Source: Beijerinckiaceae bacterium
Lineage (GTDB): Bacteria; Pseudomonadota; Alphaproteobacteria; Rhizobiales; Beijerinckiaceae
Reading direction: 5' to 3'
DNA length: 64,000 nucleotides
Assembly (NCBI GenBank): GCA_051646285.1
Contig: JBOFCU010000324.1
Span: 8,407 to 72,406, forward strand
Below the pieces are notes generated by a model. The model worked only from the letters and a program-made list of their open reading frames with translations, did not search any database and was not told where the DNA came from. This document shows positions 9,066-18,294 of the stretch, one piece after another; position 1 is the stretch's first letter; each line of letters starts with the position of its first letter. The position numbers and the translations under genes are program-made.

Positions 9066-10595
9066 GTGAGCAAAAAACATCATCAAGTGGATCGTCATGC
9101 CCTTTTGACAGTCGCCCAGATGCGGGAGGCGGACCGGCTGACGATTGCCGGGGGCACGCCGGGGCTTGTGCTGATGGAGCGTGCCGGCGCTGCGGTGGCG
9201 GATGCTGCACGCCGGTTCCTGCCCCCGCATGGCCGGATTGCCGTTCTGTGCGGGCCCGGCAATAATGGCGGTGATGGTTTTGCGGCTGCCCGGATCCTGC
9301 ATGAATGCGGCCTTCCGGTACGGGTCTATTTGTCCGGAAACCGGGAGCAGATCAAAGGCGATGCGGCGCTGGCGCTTGCTGCATGGCCAGACATTGTGCA
9401 GCCTATCAGCGCTTTCACGCCGCCGGATGCAGATATCGTCATTGATGCGCTGTTTGGCGCGGGCCTCGTGCGGGCGATTGACGGTGGTCTGGCTGGCACA
9501 ATCCGTGCCGTTAACGCATGGCATGGGCCTGTCGTTGCAGTGGATGTGCCGTCAGGCGTGGATGGCGACAGCGGGCAGGTGCGTGGCATCGCGGTCAATG
9601 CGACCGCAACAGTGACCTTCTTTCGCCGCAAGCCGGGCCATGTGCTGATGCCGGGGCGGGCGATGTGCGGCGAGGTTCACGTTGCCGACATTGGCATTGC
9701 ACCTGCGGTGTTGATGCAAACTGGCATAGCGGCCCATGAGAACATGCCGGCCCTTTGGATGGATGCCTTCCCGCCGTTGCGGGAGGACGGGCATAAATTT
9801 CAGCGTGGTCATGCGCTGGTTGTGGCTGGCGGTCTGGAGGGTGTTGGCGCGCCACGCCTGAGCGCGCGTGCAGCGCTGCGGGCTGGCGCGGGGCTGGTAA
9901 CGATTGCAGCGCCGCCGGAGGCCTTGGCCGCCCATGCGGCGCGCGGGCCGGATGCCTTGATGGTACGATCTTGCGCCGATGCTGCGGCGCTGACCCGTCT
10001 GCTTTCCGATACGCGGCGCAACGTGTGTGTGATTGGCCCGGCGCTCGGGCTGGACGCATCGGCGCGCAACAAGGTGGATGCGGTTCTGCGCAGTGCGGCA
10101 GCCTGCGTGATCGATGCTGATGGGCTGACATTGCTGGCCGGACGCGCTGATGCCATTGCCCGTGCGGCGGGCCGCAAGGCTGTTGTTCTCACTCCCCATG
10201 ATGGCGAATTTGCCCGGCTGTTCGGGCCCAGCCGCGATGATGATGCCTTGAATCAGGAAGCAGCGGGTAATGCGTTGTTTTCCGATTCAAAATTGCAGCG
10301 TGCGCTGGCGGCGGCGCAACAGACGCAGGCGGTGATTGTGCTGAAAGGGGCGGATACCGTGATTGCAACGCCTGATGGCCGCGCGGCGATCAATGTCAAT
10401 GCGCCGCCATGGCTTGCGACGGCGGGTGCGGGGGATGTGCTGGCCGGTCTGATTGGCGGGTTACTGGCGCAGCAGATGCCGCCTTTTGAAGCGGCCTGTG
10501 CAGCAGTCTTTATGCATGGCGCCACAGCCGCGCAGTTCAGGCGCGGCATGATCGCGGATGATCTGGTTGATGCGCTGGCGTGGCCGTCTGCTTAA
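9066..10595 (+). CDS. nnr: Bifunctional NAD(P)H-hydrate repair enzyme (epimerase / ADP-dependent dehydratase)
   Basis: N-terminal YjeF-N domain (GPGNNGGDG) fused to a C-terminal carbohydrate-kinase-like domain (GAGDVLAG). The start is uncertain: GTG at 9066 or 9087, or ATG at 9120. Confidence 0.88.
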   Translation: MSKKHHQVDRHALLTVAQMREADRLTIAGGTPGLVLMERAGAAVADAARRFLPPHGRIAVLCGPGNNGGDGFAAARILHECGLPVRVYLSGNREQIKGDAALALAAWPDIVQPISAFTPPDADIVIDALFGAGLVRAIDGGLAGTIRAVNAWHGPVVAVDVPSGVDGDSGQVRGIAVNATATVTFFRRKPGHVLMPGRAMCGEVHVADIGIAPAVLMQTGIAAHENMPALWMDAFPPLREDGHKFQRGHALVVAGGLEGVGAPRLSARAALRAGAGLVTIAAPPEALAAHAARGPDALMVRSCADAAALTRLLSDTRRNVCVIGPALGLDASARNKVDAVLRSAAACVIDADGLTLLAGRADAIARAAGRKAVVLTPHDGEFARLFGPSRDDDALNQEAAGNALFSDSKLQRALAAAQQTQAVIVLKGADTVIATPDGRAAINVNAPPWLATAGAGDVLAGLIGGLLAQQMPPFEAACAAVFMHGATAAQFRRGMIADDLVDALAWPSA

Positions 10596-12109
10596 GGTTT
10601 TGATTCCGCCTGCATCGCCATGGCGCTGTTTCTTTTCTGATAAAATCTTAGAAACACGACACCAACAATCACGGCAAAGAAAAGCGCCACAGACACTTGC
10701 GCGCCAGCACCTTTGAGAAAAATCGACGGGTCGCCTTCCGAAATTGTCAAGGCGCGGCGGAAACTGACTTCAATGCGGTCGCCCAACACGGTGGCCAGCA
10801 GCAGGGGCGCAATATCGAATTTTGCCAGCCTGAGCGCATAACCTGCGATACCCGCTGCAATCATCACCCATAAATCGAAAGGTGACGCTTTGACGGAATA
10901 AACGCCGATGATGCAGATCAGCAAAATCATCGGCGCGAGATAGCCGTAGGGCAGACGCAGCATCGAAACGAAAAGGCTGACGAGCGGCAGATTCAAAATC
11001 ACCAGAATAAAATTGCCGATCAGCATGCTGGCGATCAGCCCCCAGAAAACCTCCGGATGCTGGGAAATCAGCATCGGGCCGGGTTGCACACCATGCACGG
11101 TCAACGCTGACAGCAGCACAGCCGTGACAGGAATGGCAGGGATACCAAGCACCAGCAGCGGGATCATCGCTGCGCCTGTGGTGGCATTGTTAGCCGTTTC
11201 CGGCCCGGCGACGCCGGCGACCGCGCCCTTGCCAAATTCTTCGGGATTCTTCGACAGGCTTTTTTCGACAGCATACGAAGCGAATGTCGAAACGATATGG
11301 CCCACGCCCGGCACGATGCCGAAAATAAATCCGATGCCTGAGCCGCGCAGCATCGGCATGGCGGAATCCTTCAATTCCTTTTTGGTCGGCACCATGTCGC
11401 GCAAGGCGGGAGCGCGCGGGCGGTCATTGATGCTTTGCCCAAATGACATCAGGATTTCAGAGACACCAAACAGGCCAATGGCCATGGCCGAAAAGCTCAG
11501 GCCATCGGTGAGATTGAGGCTACCGAATGTAAAGCGCGGCGTTGCGGTCAGCGGGTCCAGCCCGACCATCGCAATCAGCAAGCCCAGCACCACCATGGCA
11601 ATGGTCTTGATGAGCGGGCCATTGGCCGCAAACAGCGAGATCAGCAGGGCGGTTGTCAAAATTGTAAATTCTGCCGCCGGGCCAATTGACAGCATCGCAT
11701 CCGCGACCTTTGGCGCGACGAGCATCAGCCCGATCACCGACAAGACGCCGCCGACAAATGAGCCGAGTGCGGCGATGGTCAGCGCGCCGCCAGCGCGGCC
11801 CTTACGCGCCATCTCATAGCCGTCAATGCAGGTGACCACAGACGCGGCCTCACCGGGAATCCGCATCAAAATCGATGTTGTCGAGCCGCCATACATCGCG
11901 CCGTAGAAAATGCCCGACAGCATGATGACGGCCCCGGTGGGATCGAGCGTGAAGGTGAGGGGCAGCAACAGCGCCATGCCGGCCAGAGGGCCTAGTCCGG
12001 GCAGCACACCAACAATGGACCCCCAGAAACAGCCAATGAAACAGAACAGAATATATTTCGGCTGCATCGCCAGAGCGAGGCCATTCATGAGGTGATGAAA
12101 CGCATCCAT
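10592..12109 (-). CDS. tctA: Tripartite tricarboxylate transporter, large permease TctA
   Basis: ORF 10592-12238. The ATG at 12109 (MDAFHHLMNGLALAM...) lies 11 nt after the tctB stop. About 505 aa, polytopic, TctA-like throughout. Confidence 0.9.
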   Translation of the reverse strand: MDAFHHLMNGLALAMQPKYILFCFIGCFWGSIVGVLPGLGPLAGMALLLPLTFTLDPTGAVIMLSGIFYGAMYGGSTTSILMRIPGEAASVVTCIDGYEMARKGRAGGALTIAALGSFVGGVLSVIGLMLVAPKVADAMLSIGPAAEFTILTTALLISLFAANGPLIKTIAMVVLGLLIAMVGLDPLTATPRFTFGSLNLTDGLSFSAMAIGLFGVSEILMSFGQSINDRPRAPALRDMVPTKKELKDSAMPMLRGSGIGFIFGIVPGVGHIVSTFASYAVEKSLSKNPEEFGKGAVAGVAGPETANNATTGAAMIPLLVLGIPAIPVTAVLLSALTVHGVQPGPMLISQHPEVFWGLIASMLIGNFILVILNLPLVSLFVSMLRLPYGYLAPMILLICIIGVYSVKASPFDLWVMIAAGIAGYALRLAKFDIAPLLLATVLGDRIEVSFRRALTISEGDPSIFLKGAGAQVSVALFFAVIVGVVFLRFYQKRNSAMAMQAESKP

Positions 12110-12120
12110 GAAGACAGCCT

Positions 12121-12603
12121 TCAGCGAAACAGGATTTGCTCGATCAGGCCGTAGGGCAAACCCACGCCGAGCAGTTTGGTGAAAAACAGCCACAAGCCCG
12201 TGGCGCCAATGGCTGCCGCAGGCAGCGCAATCCGCCACGGTGTTTCACCCAGCAGAATGAAACCGGCGCTGAGGAACAGGAACGTGGCGAGAATGAAGCC
12301 GAGCGGTTCAAGGCCCAGGGCGCAAGCGATCAGCAGCGCCAGCGCCGTCAGTGGCTTGCGCATTGCGCCTGATGTTTCATGCGAAGCATCCGGCTTGCCC
12401 GCAGCCTGAAATGCAGCCTTGACCAGAATGACCAGACCGCACGCCATCAGCGCAAGGCCCAAAAAACCCGGAGCCGTGCCGGGGCCGGGGATGCCCGCTT
12501 CAGTGCCGGCCGGCAAACGCCACGCGAGCGTGGCGAGTGCCAGGCCGATCATCGACAGCGCTGCTGCAACCGTCAGTTCAATCCAGCGCTGGTAGCCCGT
12601 CAT
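12121..12603 (-). CDS. tctB: Tripartite tricarboxylate transporter, small membrane subunit TctB
   Basis: 160 aa with four hydrophobic helices. Sits between tctC and tctA and abuts the tctC stop at 12604. Confidence 0.8.
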   Translation of the reverse strand: MTGYQRWIELTVAAALSMIGLALATLAWRLPAGTEAGIPGPGTAPGFLGLALMACGLVILVKAAFQAAGKPDASHETSGAMRKPLTALALLIACALGLEPLGFILATFLFLSAGFILLGETPWRIALPAAAIGATGLWLFFTKLLGVGLPYGLIEQILFR

Positions 12604-13581
12604 TTATTGGGTCTTTTTCTCGATGCCGAGACCTTTGGCAATATCACCCAGAGCCTTGTACTCCGCATTGATCAGACCTGCGGTTGCCTTGCCGTCGAGC
12701 ACGCGTGCGGTCGCCCCCTGCTTGGCCATCACATCCTTGAACTTGTCGGATTTGGCGGCGTCGGAGAACACCTTTTCAAGCTCGGCAACAACTGCATCCG
12801 GGGTGCCTTTGGGCGCAATCAGGCCCCACCACAGCACCGTTTCTTCCTTGCCGAGATTGAGCGCATCCAGCCCCTTGGCCGCTGGCAGCGCCGGATTGTC
12901 GCCAGCCGATGTCAGGACGAGGCATTTCGCTTTGCCGGCCTGCACGTGCGGCAAAATGGGCGGCAGCGAGCCACCGTAGAAATCAACATGGCCACCCAGA
13001 AAATTCTTGGCCGTCTCGCCCGCGCCGCCAAACGGAATGGCGCGCACCTTCACGCCGCTGGCGGAGAAAATGCGCTCGGCCGCAAGCTGCATGGTGCCGC
13101 CGACGCCATCATTGCCATAGGTGTATTTCGCGCCCGGCTCCTTGAGCTTGGCGATAAATTCCTGCGCGTTAGCCGCCGGAAAATCAGGCTGCGTGCACAG
13201 CACATATGACGAAAATCCGATCGACATCACGGGCCGGTAATTTTCCGGCGTGTATACGACCTGAAGGCTGTGCGGGCTTGTCGTCAGCGGCGAATTCCAG
13301 ATGAAGGCGAGGGTGTAACCATCCGGCCTGCCGGTCACGAGTTGCGTGACCCCCAGTGTGCCGCCGCCACCGGCGCGATTCTCGATGACCACCTTCTGTT
13401 TGAGCACCGGCTCCACGATTTCCGCCAGAGCACGGGCAAAAACATCCGTGCCGCCGCCGGGCGGCGCAGGAACAATCATCGTGATGGGGCGAGTCGGATA
13501 GGTTTGTGCAGAGGCCGGCGCGGCGGCTATCACTGCTGCCGTTACAATAAATGTCGCCGATGCCAATGATTTCAAACGCAT
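12604..13581 (-). CDS. tctC: Tripartite tricarboxylate transporter substrate-binding protein (Bug/TctC family)
   Basis: ORF 12604-13623. The ATG at 13581 gives the signal peptide MRLKSLASATFIVTAAVIAAAPASA/QTYPTRPITMIVPAPPGGGTDV, the typical Bug-family N-terminus. Confidence 0.88.
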   Translation of the reverse strand: MRLKSLASATFIVTAAVIAAAPASAQTYPTRPITMIVPAPPGGGTDVFARALAEIVEPVLKQKVVIENRAGGGGTLGVTQLVTGRPDGYTLAFIWNSPLTTSPHSLQVVYTPENYRPVMSIGFSSYVLCTQPDFPAANAQEFIAKLKEPGAKYTYGNDGVGGTMQLAAERIFSASGVKVRAIPFGGAGETAKNFLGGHVDFYGGSLPPILPHVQAGKAKCLVLTSAGDNPALPAAKGLDALNLGKEETVLWWGLIAPKGTPDAVVAELEKVFSDAAKSDKFKDVMAKQGATARVLDGKATAGLINAEYKALGDIAKGLGIEKKTQ

Positions 13582-13721
13582 ATGGATGCTCCTGCAATTG
13601 CGTTCATGGTGCGCGCCAGCCATTTGCGGGGCTGCATGCTAACTATGTCTTCAATGCTTCGTTGCAGAACGCAAGGGAGTGTTTACGAAATGGTAACCAC
13701 AACCGCCTGACAGCAGTGTTC

Positions 13722-14555
13722 ATGCCTTACGTCGATACCCACGCGCATATTTTTCACCGGTCGCTGCCCATGATGCCGGGCCGGCGTTATTCGCCGTCGC
13801 AGGATTGCCCGCCGGAAATGTATCTGGCGCAGTTGTCCGCGCATGATGTGATGCTGGGCGTGCTGGTGCAGCCATCTTTTCTCGGCACCGACAACAGCTA
13901 CATGGTCGCGGCGCTGGACCGTTATGCGGACCGTCTGCGCGGCATTGCTGTCGTCGATCCAGCGGTTAGCGACGATGCCCTCGCGGTGATGCACGAGACC
14001 GGCGTTGTCGGCATCCGGTTCAACATGATCGGCCGCGACATGGCGGCACTGTCTGCGCCCGATACCCAAAGCCTTTTGAAACGCGTCGATTCGCTTGGCT
14101 GGCAGGTTGAGGTTCAGGCGCGCGGTTCTGATCTCCCGCAGGTTTTCAACAGTCTCTCGATTTTTCAGGGACCGGTGGTGATTGATCATTTTGGTTTGCC
14201 AGACCCGTCCCGCGGTATTGGTGATCCCGGATTTCGCGCGTTGCTGTCAGAAGGGGCGAAAGGGCGCACCTTCGTCAAAATGTCTGCGGGCTATCGCTGC
14301 GGCGGACAGGATGTTGCCAGTTGCGCCGGTGCGCTGCTGGCCGTGCTGGGCCCGCGCCGGCTTTTGTGGGGCAGTGACTGGCCGTTTACGCAGCATGAGG
14401 AAGGCCGTACCTACGCCACCATGGTGCAGGATTTGGTGCGGTGTGTGCCTGACAAGGCTGCACGTGATGCGATGGATCAGACAGCGATGGACCTGTTCGG
14501 CTTCACCCGCTCGCGGGACGCGCTGGCTGTGCCCCGCCGTGTGGCCGGTGCCTGA
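13722..14555 (+). CDS. Amidohydrolase-2 family metal-dependent hydrolase (LigI/lactonase-like)
   Basis: ORF 13551-14555. The ATG at 13722 gives MPYVDTHAHIF..., the usual HxH metal-site start of the family. It ends with the GSDWPF motif. Transcribed divergently from tctCBA. Confidence 0.8.
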   Translation: MPYVDTHAHIFHRSLPMMPGRRYSPSQDCPPEMYLAQLSAHDVMLGVLVQPSFLGTDNSYMVAALDRYADRLRGIAVVDPAVSDDALAVMHETGVVGIRFNMIGRDMAALSAPDTQSLLKRVDSLGWQVEVQARGSDLPQVFNSLSIFQGPVVIDHFGLPDPSRGIGDPGFRALLSEGAKGRTFVKMSAGYRCGGQDVASCAGALLAVLGPRRLLWGSDWPFTQHEEGRTYATMVQDLVRCVPDKAARDAMDQTAMDLFGFTRSRDALAVPRRVAGA

Positions 14556-14754
14556 GGTCTGTTGAACAGGATCAATCGTCAGGACACTGGCCGTTTCCCG
14601 CCAGCCCTGAAACAACTCCTTAAAGATTCATGGTTTATAGCTATCCCGAATTATGACCTGCCATCCAGGTCCATCACAGTCGGGTTGCGTAATGTCCAGC
14701 GTTGCACACAAATTATCCCTGCCGTCACAGGCCTATCGCCGCCAAGGCCGCGAT

Positions 14755-15885
14755 ATGGATCTCAATCGCCAAATTGAAAAGCTTTTCCGCCGCTTGCGGA
14801 TGGCTGTCGTGTATGGCGGTGACAAGAGCAAGGAAGGTGCGGTGATTGAGCCGACCACCAATCCGCGCTCATGGAAAAGCTACGAAGCGGTCGCAAAAGA
14901 TATTGCGAGTGCCATGCGCCGGCTGGGCTGCAAGAATATCGATCTGATGCCGGATGACATGCATCTTGGCGAGCGACTCAAGGACATAGATGCGCATATT
15001 GCCTGGTTGAATACGGGTGGTGTGCAAGGGCATTGCTCGGTTGCCCATGCGCCTGCCATGCTGGAATTGTTCGGCATTCCCTATATCGGCCATGATCCGA
15101 TGACGGCCGGTATTCTCGACAACAAACATGTGTTCAAGCGTCAGGTGCGTGCCGCTGGTATTCCCACTGCCAATTTTTATATCTGGCAGCCGGGTTCATC
15201 GCCGCAGGATCCAACCAAAGATCCGCATTTTGCCGAGAGTTTCGGCCATTCAAAGGGGCCGTTTATTGTGAAGCCCGTATCGGGCCGGGCCTCGCTGCAT
15301 GTCAGCTTTGTTGAAAAAATTGGTGATGTCGCAGAGGCGGTGCGCAAGGTTTACGATATTACGCGCAACCATGTGCTGATCGAATCTTATCTGGGTGGGC
15401 GCGAATTTTGCGTTGCCGTCGCAGGGCCTGTTATCTGGCGCCATGGCCGTGCCGAGCGGCTGGATGGCCCATTTGTTTTTTCTGCGCTCGAGCGTGTGCT
15501 GGACAAAGACGAAAAGATTTTCACATCCATGGATGTGAAGCCTATCACAGGTGAGCGCGCGTTTGTGCTGGATCCGGCCAAAGAGGGTGTATTGTGCGAC
15601 CGGCTGACCAAACTGGCGCGCGATGTCTTCACACAGCTCGGCGTTGAAACGCTCATCCGCCTCGATGTCCGGTCTGATGCTGATGGCAATCTTTTTGTTC
15701 TGGAAGCCAATCCGAAGCCGGATCTCAAGGCCCCGGCGCCGGGTGTTACGAGTCTCGTCAGTATTGGTCTGCCGCAGCATGGCATGACCTACGACGACCT
15801 TATCATGTCTGTTTTTGCTGATCGGGTTGACGTGCTGCTCAGTGAGCGGCGCGGCACTGCCGATCGTCTGACCCGTCTGCTCTGA
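14755..15885 (+). CDS. ATP-grasp enzyme of the D-alanine--D-alanine ligase family (non-canonical context)
   Basis: ORF 14653-15885. The ATG at 14755 is preceded by AAGG. Features: MAVVYGGDKSKE start, central ATP-grasp region (FIVKPVSGRASLHV, LIESYLGGREF) and C-terminal RLDVR...LFVLEANPKP. First gene of a four-gene cluster. Confidence 0.8.
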   Translation: MDLNRQIEKLFRRLRMAVVYGGDKSKEGAVIEPTTNPRSWKSYEAVAKDIASAMRRLGCKNIDLMPDDMHLGERLKDIDAHIAWLNTGGVQGHCSVAHAPAMLELFGIPYIGHDPMTAGILDNKHVFKRQVRAAGIPTANFYIWQPGSSPQDPTKDPHFAESFGHSKGPFIVKPVSGRASLHVSFVEKIGDVAEAVRKVYDITRNHVLIESYLGGREFCVAVAGPVIWRHGRAERLDGPFVFSALERVLDKDEKIFTSMDVKPITGERAFVLDPAKEGVLCDRLTKLARDVFTQLGVETLIRLDVRSDADGNLFVLEANPKPDLKAPAPGVTSLVSIGLPQHGMTYDDLIMSVFADRVDVLLSERRGTADRLTRLL

Positions 15886-15902
15886 TATTTGAAAGATCAC
15901 TG

Positions 15903-18284
15903 ATGCAACCGTCATCCGACCTTTCTCTTGGGCGCAAACTGATTGACACGGCGGCGATGCTTGTCGTCGCCATCGTGTCGATGATTTTGCTGATTTATGT
16001 GTCGTTTGGCGAAGCCAAGCGGACGTATGAAAAATTCCAGATCGAAAAGCTTGTGGCTCAGGGGCAGGTCATTCAAAGCTCGATCGAGACGTTTGTCCGT
16101 CCCGGTCTTCCGATCCAGCAATTCGTCGGGTTCAACGCGCTGGCCGAACCGATGGTGAAGCAGGATTTGCTGATCGACGCGATTTCTGCTTACAGCATGG
16201 AGAGTGAGCAGGTTTTCTCCTCAGGCGAGCAGCGCGGCTACCTGCTGCAAAATGCAGAATCGATTTATAAAACCGCTGATGAAGGCGCAGAAGTGCGACG
16301 GACAGGTGAGTTGCTGCAGGTTCATCTGCCGCTTCGCAACCGCTTCGAACAGGTGGGTGTGCTTGTTCTCTCGGTTCCCAATGCAAAAATTGCTGAACGT
16401 GTGCAGGAGGCATTTAAGCCTCTCACCATTGCAGCGATCGTTGGTTGTCTTTCTTTTGCGCTCCTGGTTTTCGTCACCTCGTCGTCATCGTCTGTCCGCT
16501 CGCGTGCGCGATGGGTGGCCGGCGGTTTTGCCGCAACCTTTATCATCACCAGCGTTTTTGTGGTGTCCACGCTGGTGGATGTTTATTCGCAGGGTGCGCA
16601 GGCGCGCGCCAAGTCACTCGCTGACAGCCTTGGCCAGCGGCTTGATGATCTCGTGGCGTACAATGTCAATCTCGATGATATTACCGGCATCATCAAACTG
16701 TTTGGCGACTACAAGCGGCTCAACCCCGATTTGAGATCGGCAGCATTGATTGTCGATGGCAAGGTGCGTGCCCACCCAGATGCAGACCGCCGCGGGTCCG
16801 ACTGGGATTCAGTGCCGGACGATTATGAGTATACTGTCACGATTTCACAGCCGGATTCGGCACGCGTTGTTGAAATCAAGGTGGCACTGCCGCGCAATAT
16901 CGTCTTCAAGCAGGTTTTGCGCAGTATCAAGAATGCATCGGCCTTGTTCGTAGCGTCTGGGTTCTTCGCCGCGATCTTCATGGGACTGGCGCGATCGCTG
17001 CAAAATCTTGCGCAATCGCGTGGCTCAAACTGGTCGCTGCGGGAAGAAAGCGCGACCATCAACCTGGTCAAGCCAGTCTTTTTTCTGGCCGTATTTGCCG
17101 AACATTTGAGCTACGCATTTTTGCCAAGTGCCATGCAGGGGCTTGCCGCTGCGAGCAAGCTGTCGCCAGCCTTCGCTGCGCTTCCGTTCGTTGCCTATTA
17201 TGCGATGTTTGCCATATCGCTGATTCCGTCAGGGCATCTGGAGCGCCGTGTCGGCCCGCGCGCGCTCATTCTTGGCGGTTTGCTGCTGGCGAGCGGTGCT
17301 CTGGCCATGCTGGCACTGCGCGGCGATTTCTGGTCGGCTGTGGCAGCGCGCGCTGTTGCGGGCATCGGGCAGGGTGCATTGTTTATCGGCGTGCAGGCTT
17401 ATGTTCTGGCCAACTCATCGCCTGATTACCGCACCCGTGCGGGCAGTTCCATCGTGTTCGGATTTCAGGCTGGTATGATCGCTGGCATGGCCATCGGATC
17501 GCTGCTTGTTTCCTACATGGATGCATCAGGCGTGTTCTATCTGGGCGCTGTCGTGGCGATCATTACGGCCATTTATGCCGTGCTGGTGCTGCCGCTCACC
17601 GTGACTGCAACTGAAAAAAGCATTGCGCTGACATCCGCTGCGCGTGACGTCTTTCGCATGATGCGTGACAAGACATTTGCCCGCACAATTTTTCTGGTCG
17701 GCATGCCGGCAAAAGCTGTGCTGACAGGCGTGCTGCTGTTTGGCCTGCCCTTGCTGTTGACGCAGCAGGGATTCGTCAAAGAAGACATTGGGCAGATCAC
17801 GATGATTTATGCGGGAGCTGTTATCATCGCATCGCATTATGCCTCAGCGCGCGCGGACAAGAATAAAAATACCGAAGCCATCGTTTTTCAAGGCAGCTGC
17901 ATGACTGCTGCCGGTCTGATCGTGATGTCGGCCGCCGGCTTCGTCAACTGGAATACGAGCAATGCGACAGGTGTTATTCTGATTGTGCTCGGTGCAGTGA
18001 TTGTTGGTTTCGCCCATGGCTTTATCAATGCGCCGATTGTGACGCATGTCACACATACGCGCGCGGCTGATGATGTCGGCATGATGGGCGCTGCTGCTGC
18101 TTACCGCCTGATGGAACGTATCGGACATGTTATTGGCCCGATGATTATTGGCCAGTTGTTCATGTATTTTGGGCAGTCCTGGCAAGTGCTTGGCGGTGTC
18201 GCTATCGTCATCTTTATTTTTGGTGCCTTGTTTCTCTCGCCGGGAGGCCAGCAGACGCGCACCGAAGACAACCAGTTGGCATGA
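15903..18284 (+). CDS. MFS transporter core fused to a ~380-aa N-terminal extension carrying two predicted periplasmic domains
   Basis: 793 aa. The N-terminal part has four hydrophobic helices (about aa 17-37, 173-195, 203-225, 346-366) bracketing two hydrophilic segments of about 130 and 120 aa. An RSRAR loop lies between helices 2 and 3 (positive-inside). Residues ~385-790 look like a 12-helix MFS core. Starts 17 nt after the upstream stop. Confidence 0.8.
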   Translation: MQPSSDLSLGRKLIDTAAMLVVAIVSMILLIYVSFGEAKRTYEKFQIEKLVAQGQVIQSSIETFVRPGLPIQQFVGFNALAEPMVKQDLLIDAISAYSMESEQVFSSGEQRGYLLQNAESIYKTADEGAEVRRTGELLQVHLPLRNRFEQVGVLVLSVPNAKIAERVQEAFKPLTIAAIVGCLSFALLVFVTSSSSSVRSRARWVAGGFAATFIITSVFVVSTLVDVYSQGAQARAKSLADSLGQRLDDLVAYNVNLDDITGIIKLFGDYKRLNPDLRSAALIVDGKVRAHPDADRRGSDWDSVPDDYEYTVTISQPDSARVVEIKVALPRNIVFKQVLRSIKNASALFVASGFFAAIFMGLARSLQNLAQSRGSNWSLREESATINLVKPVFFLAVFAEHLSYAFLPSAMQGLAAASKLSPAFAALPFVAYYAMFAISLIPSGHLERRVGPRALILGGLLLASGALAMLALRGDFWSAVAARAVAGIGQGALFIGVQAYVLANSSPDYRTRAGSSIVFGFQAGMIAGMAIGSLLVSYMDASGVFYLGAVVAIITAIYAVLVLPLTVTATEKSIALTSAARDVFRMMRDKTFARTIFLVGMPAKAVLTGVLLFGLPLLLTQQGFVKEDIGQITMIYAGAVIIASHYASARADKNKNTEAIVFQGSCMTAAGLIVMSAAGFVNWNTSNATGVILIVLGAVIVGFAHGFINAPIVTHVTHTRAADDVGMMGAAAAYRLMERIGHVIGPMIIGQLFMYFGQSWQVLGGVAIVIFIFGALFLSPGGQQTRTEDNQLA

Positions 18285-18294
18285 GTTTGCGTCC

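Noticed and set aside
10592-12238. Maximal ORF starts giving long N-terminal extensions: tctA 12238, lipA 52565, ndk 24732, binding protein 18148, amidohydrolase 13551, pcaJ 61883, secreted protein 55885 and others.
   Set aside because: The extensions overlap upstream genes or terminators and lack homology-like sequence. They are replaced by internal starts that give canonical N-termini, signal peptides, SD-like motifs or stop/start overlaps.
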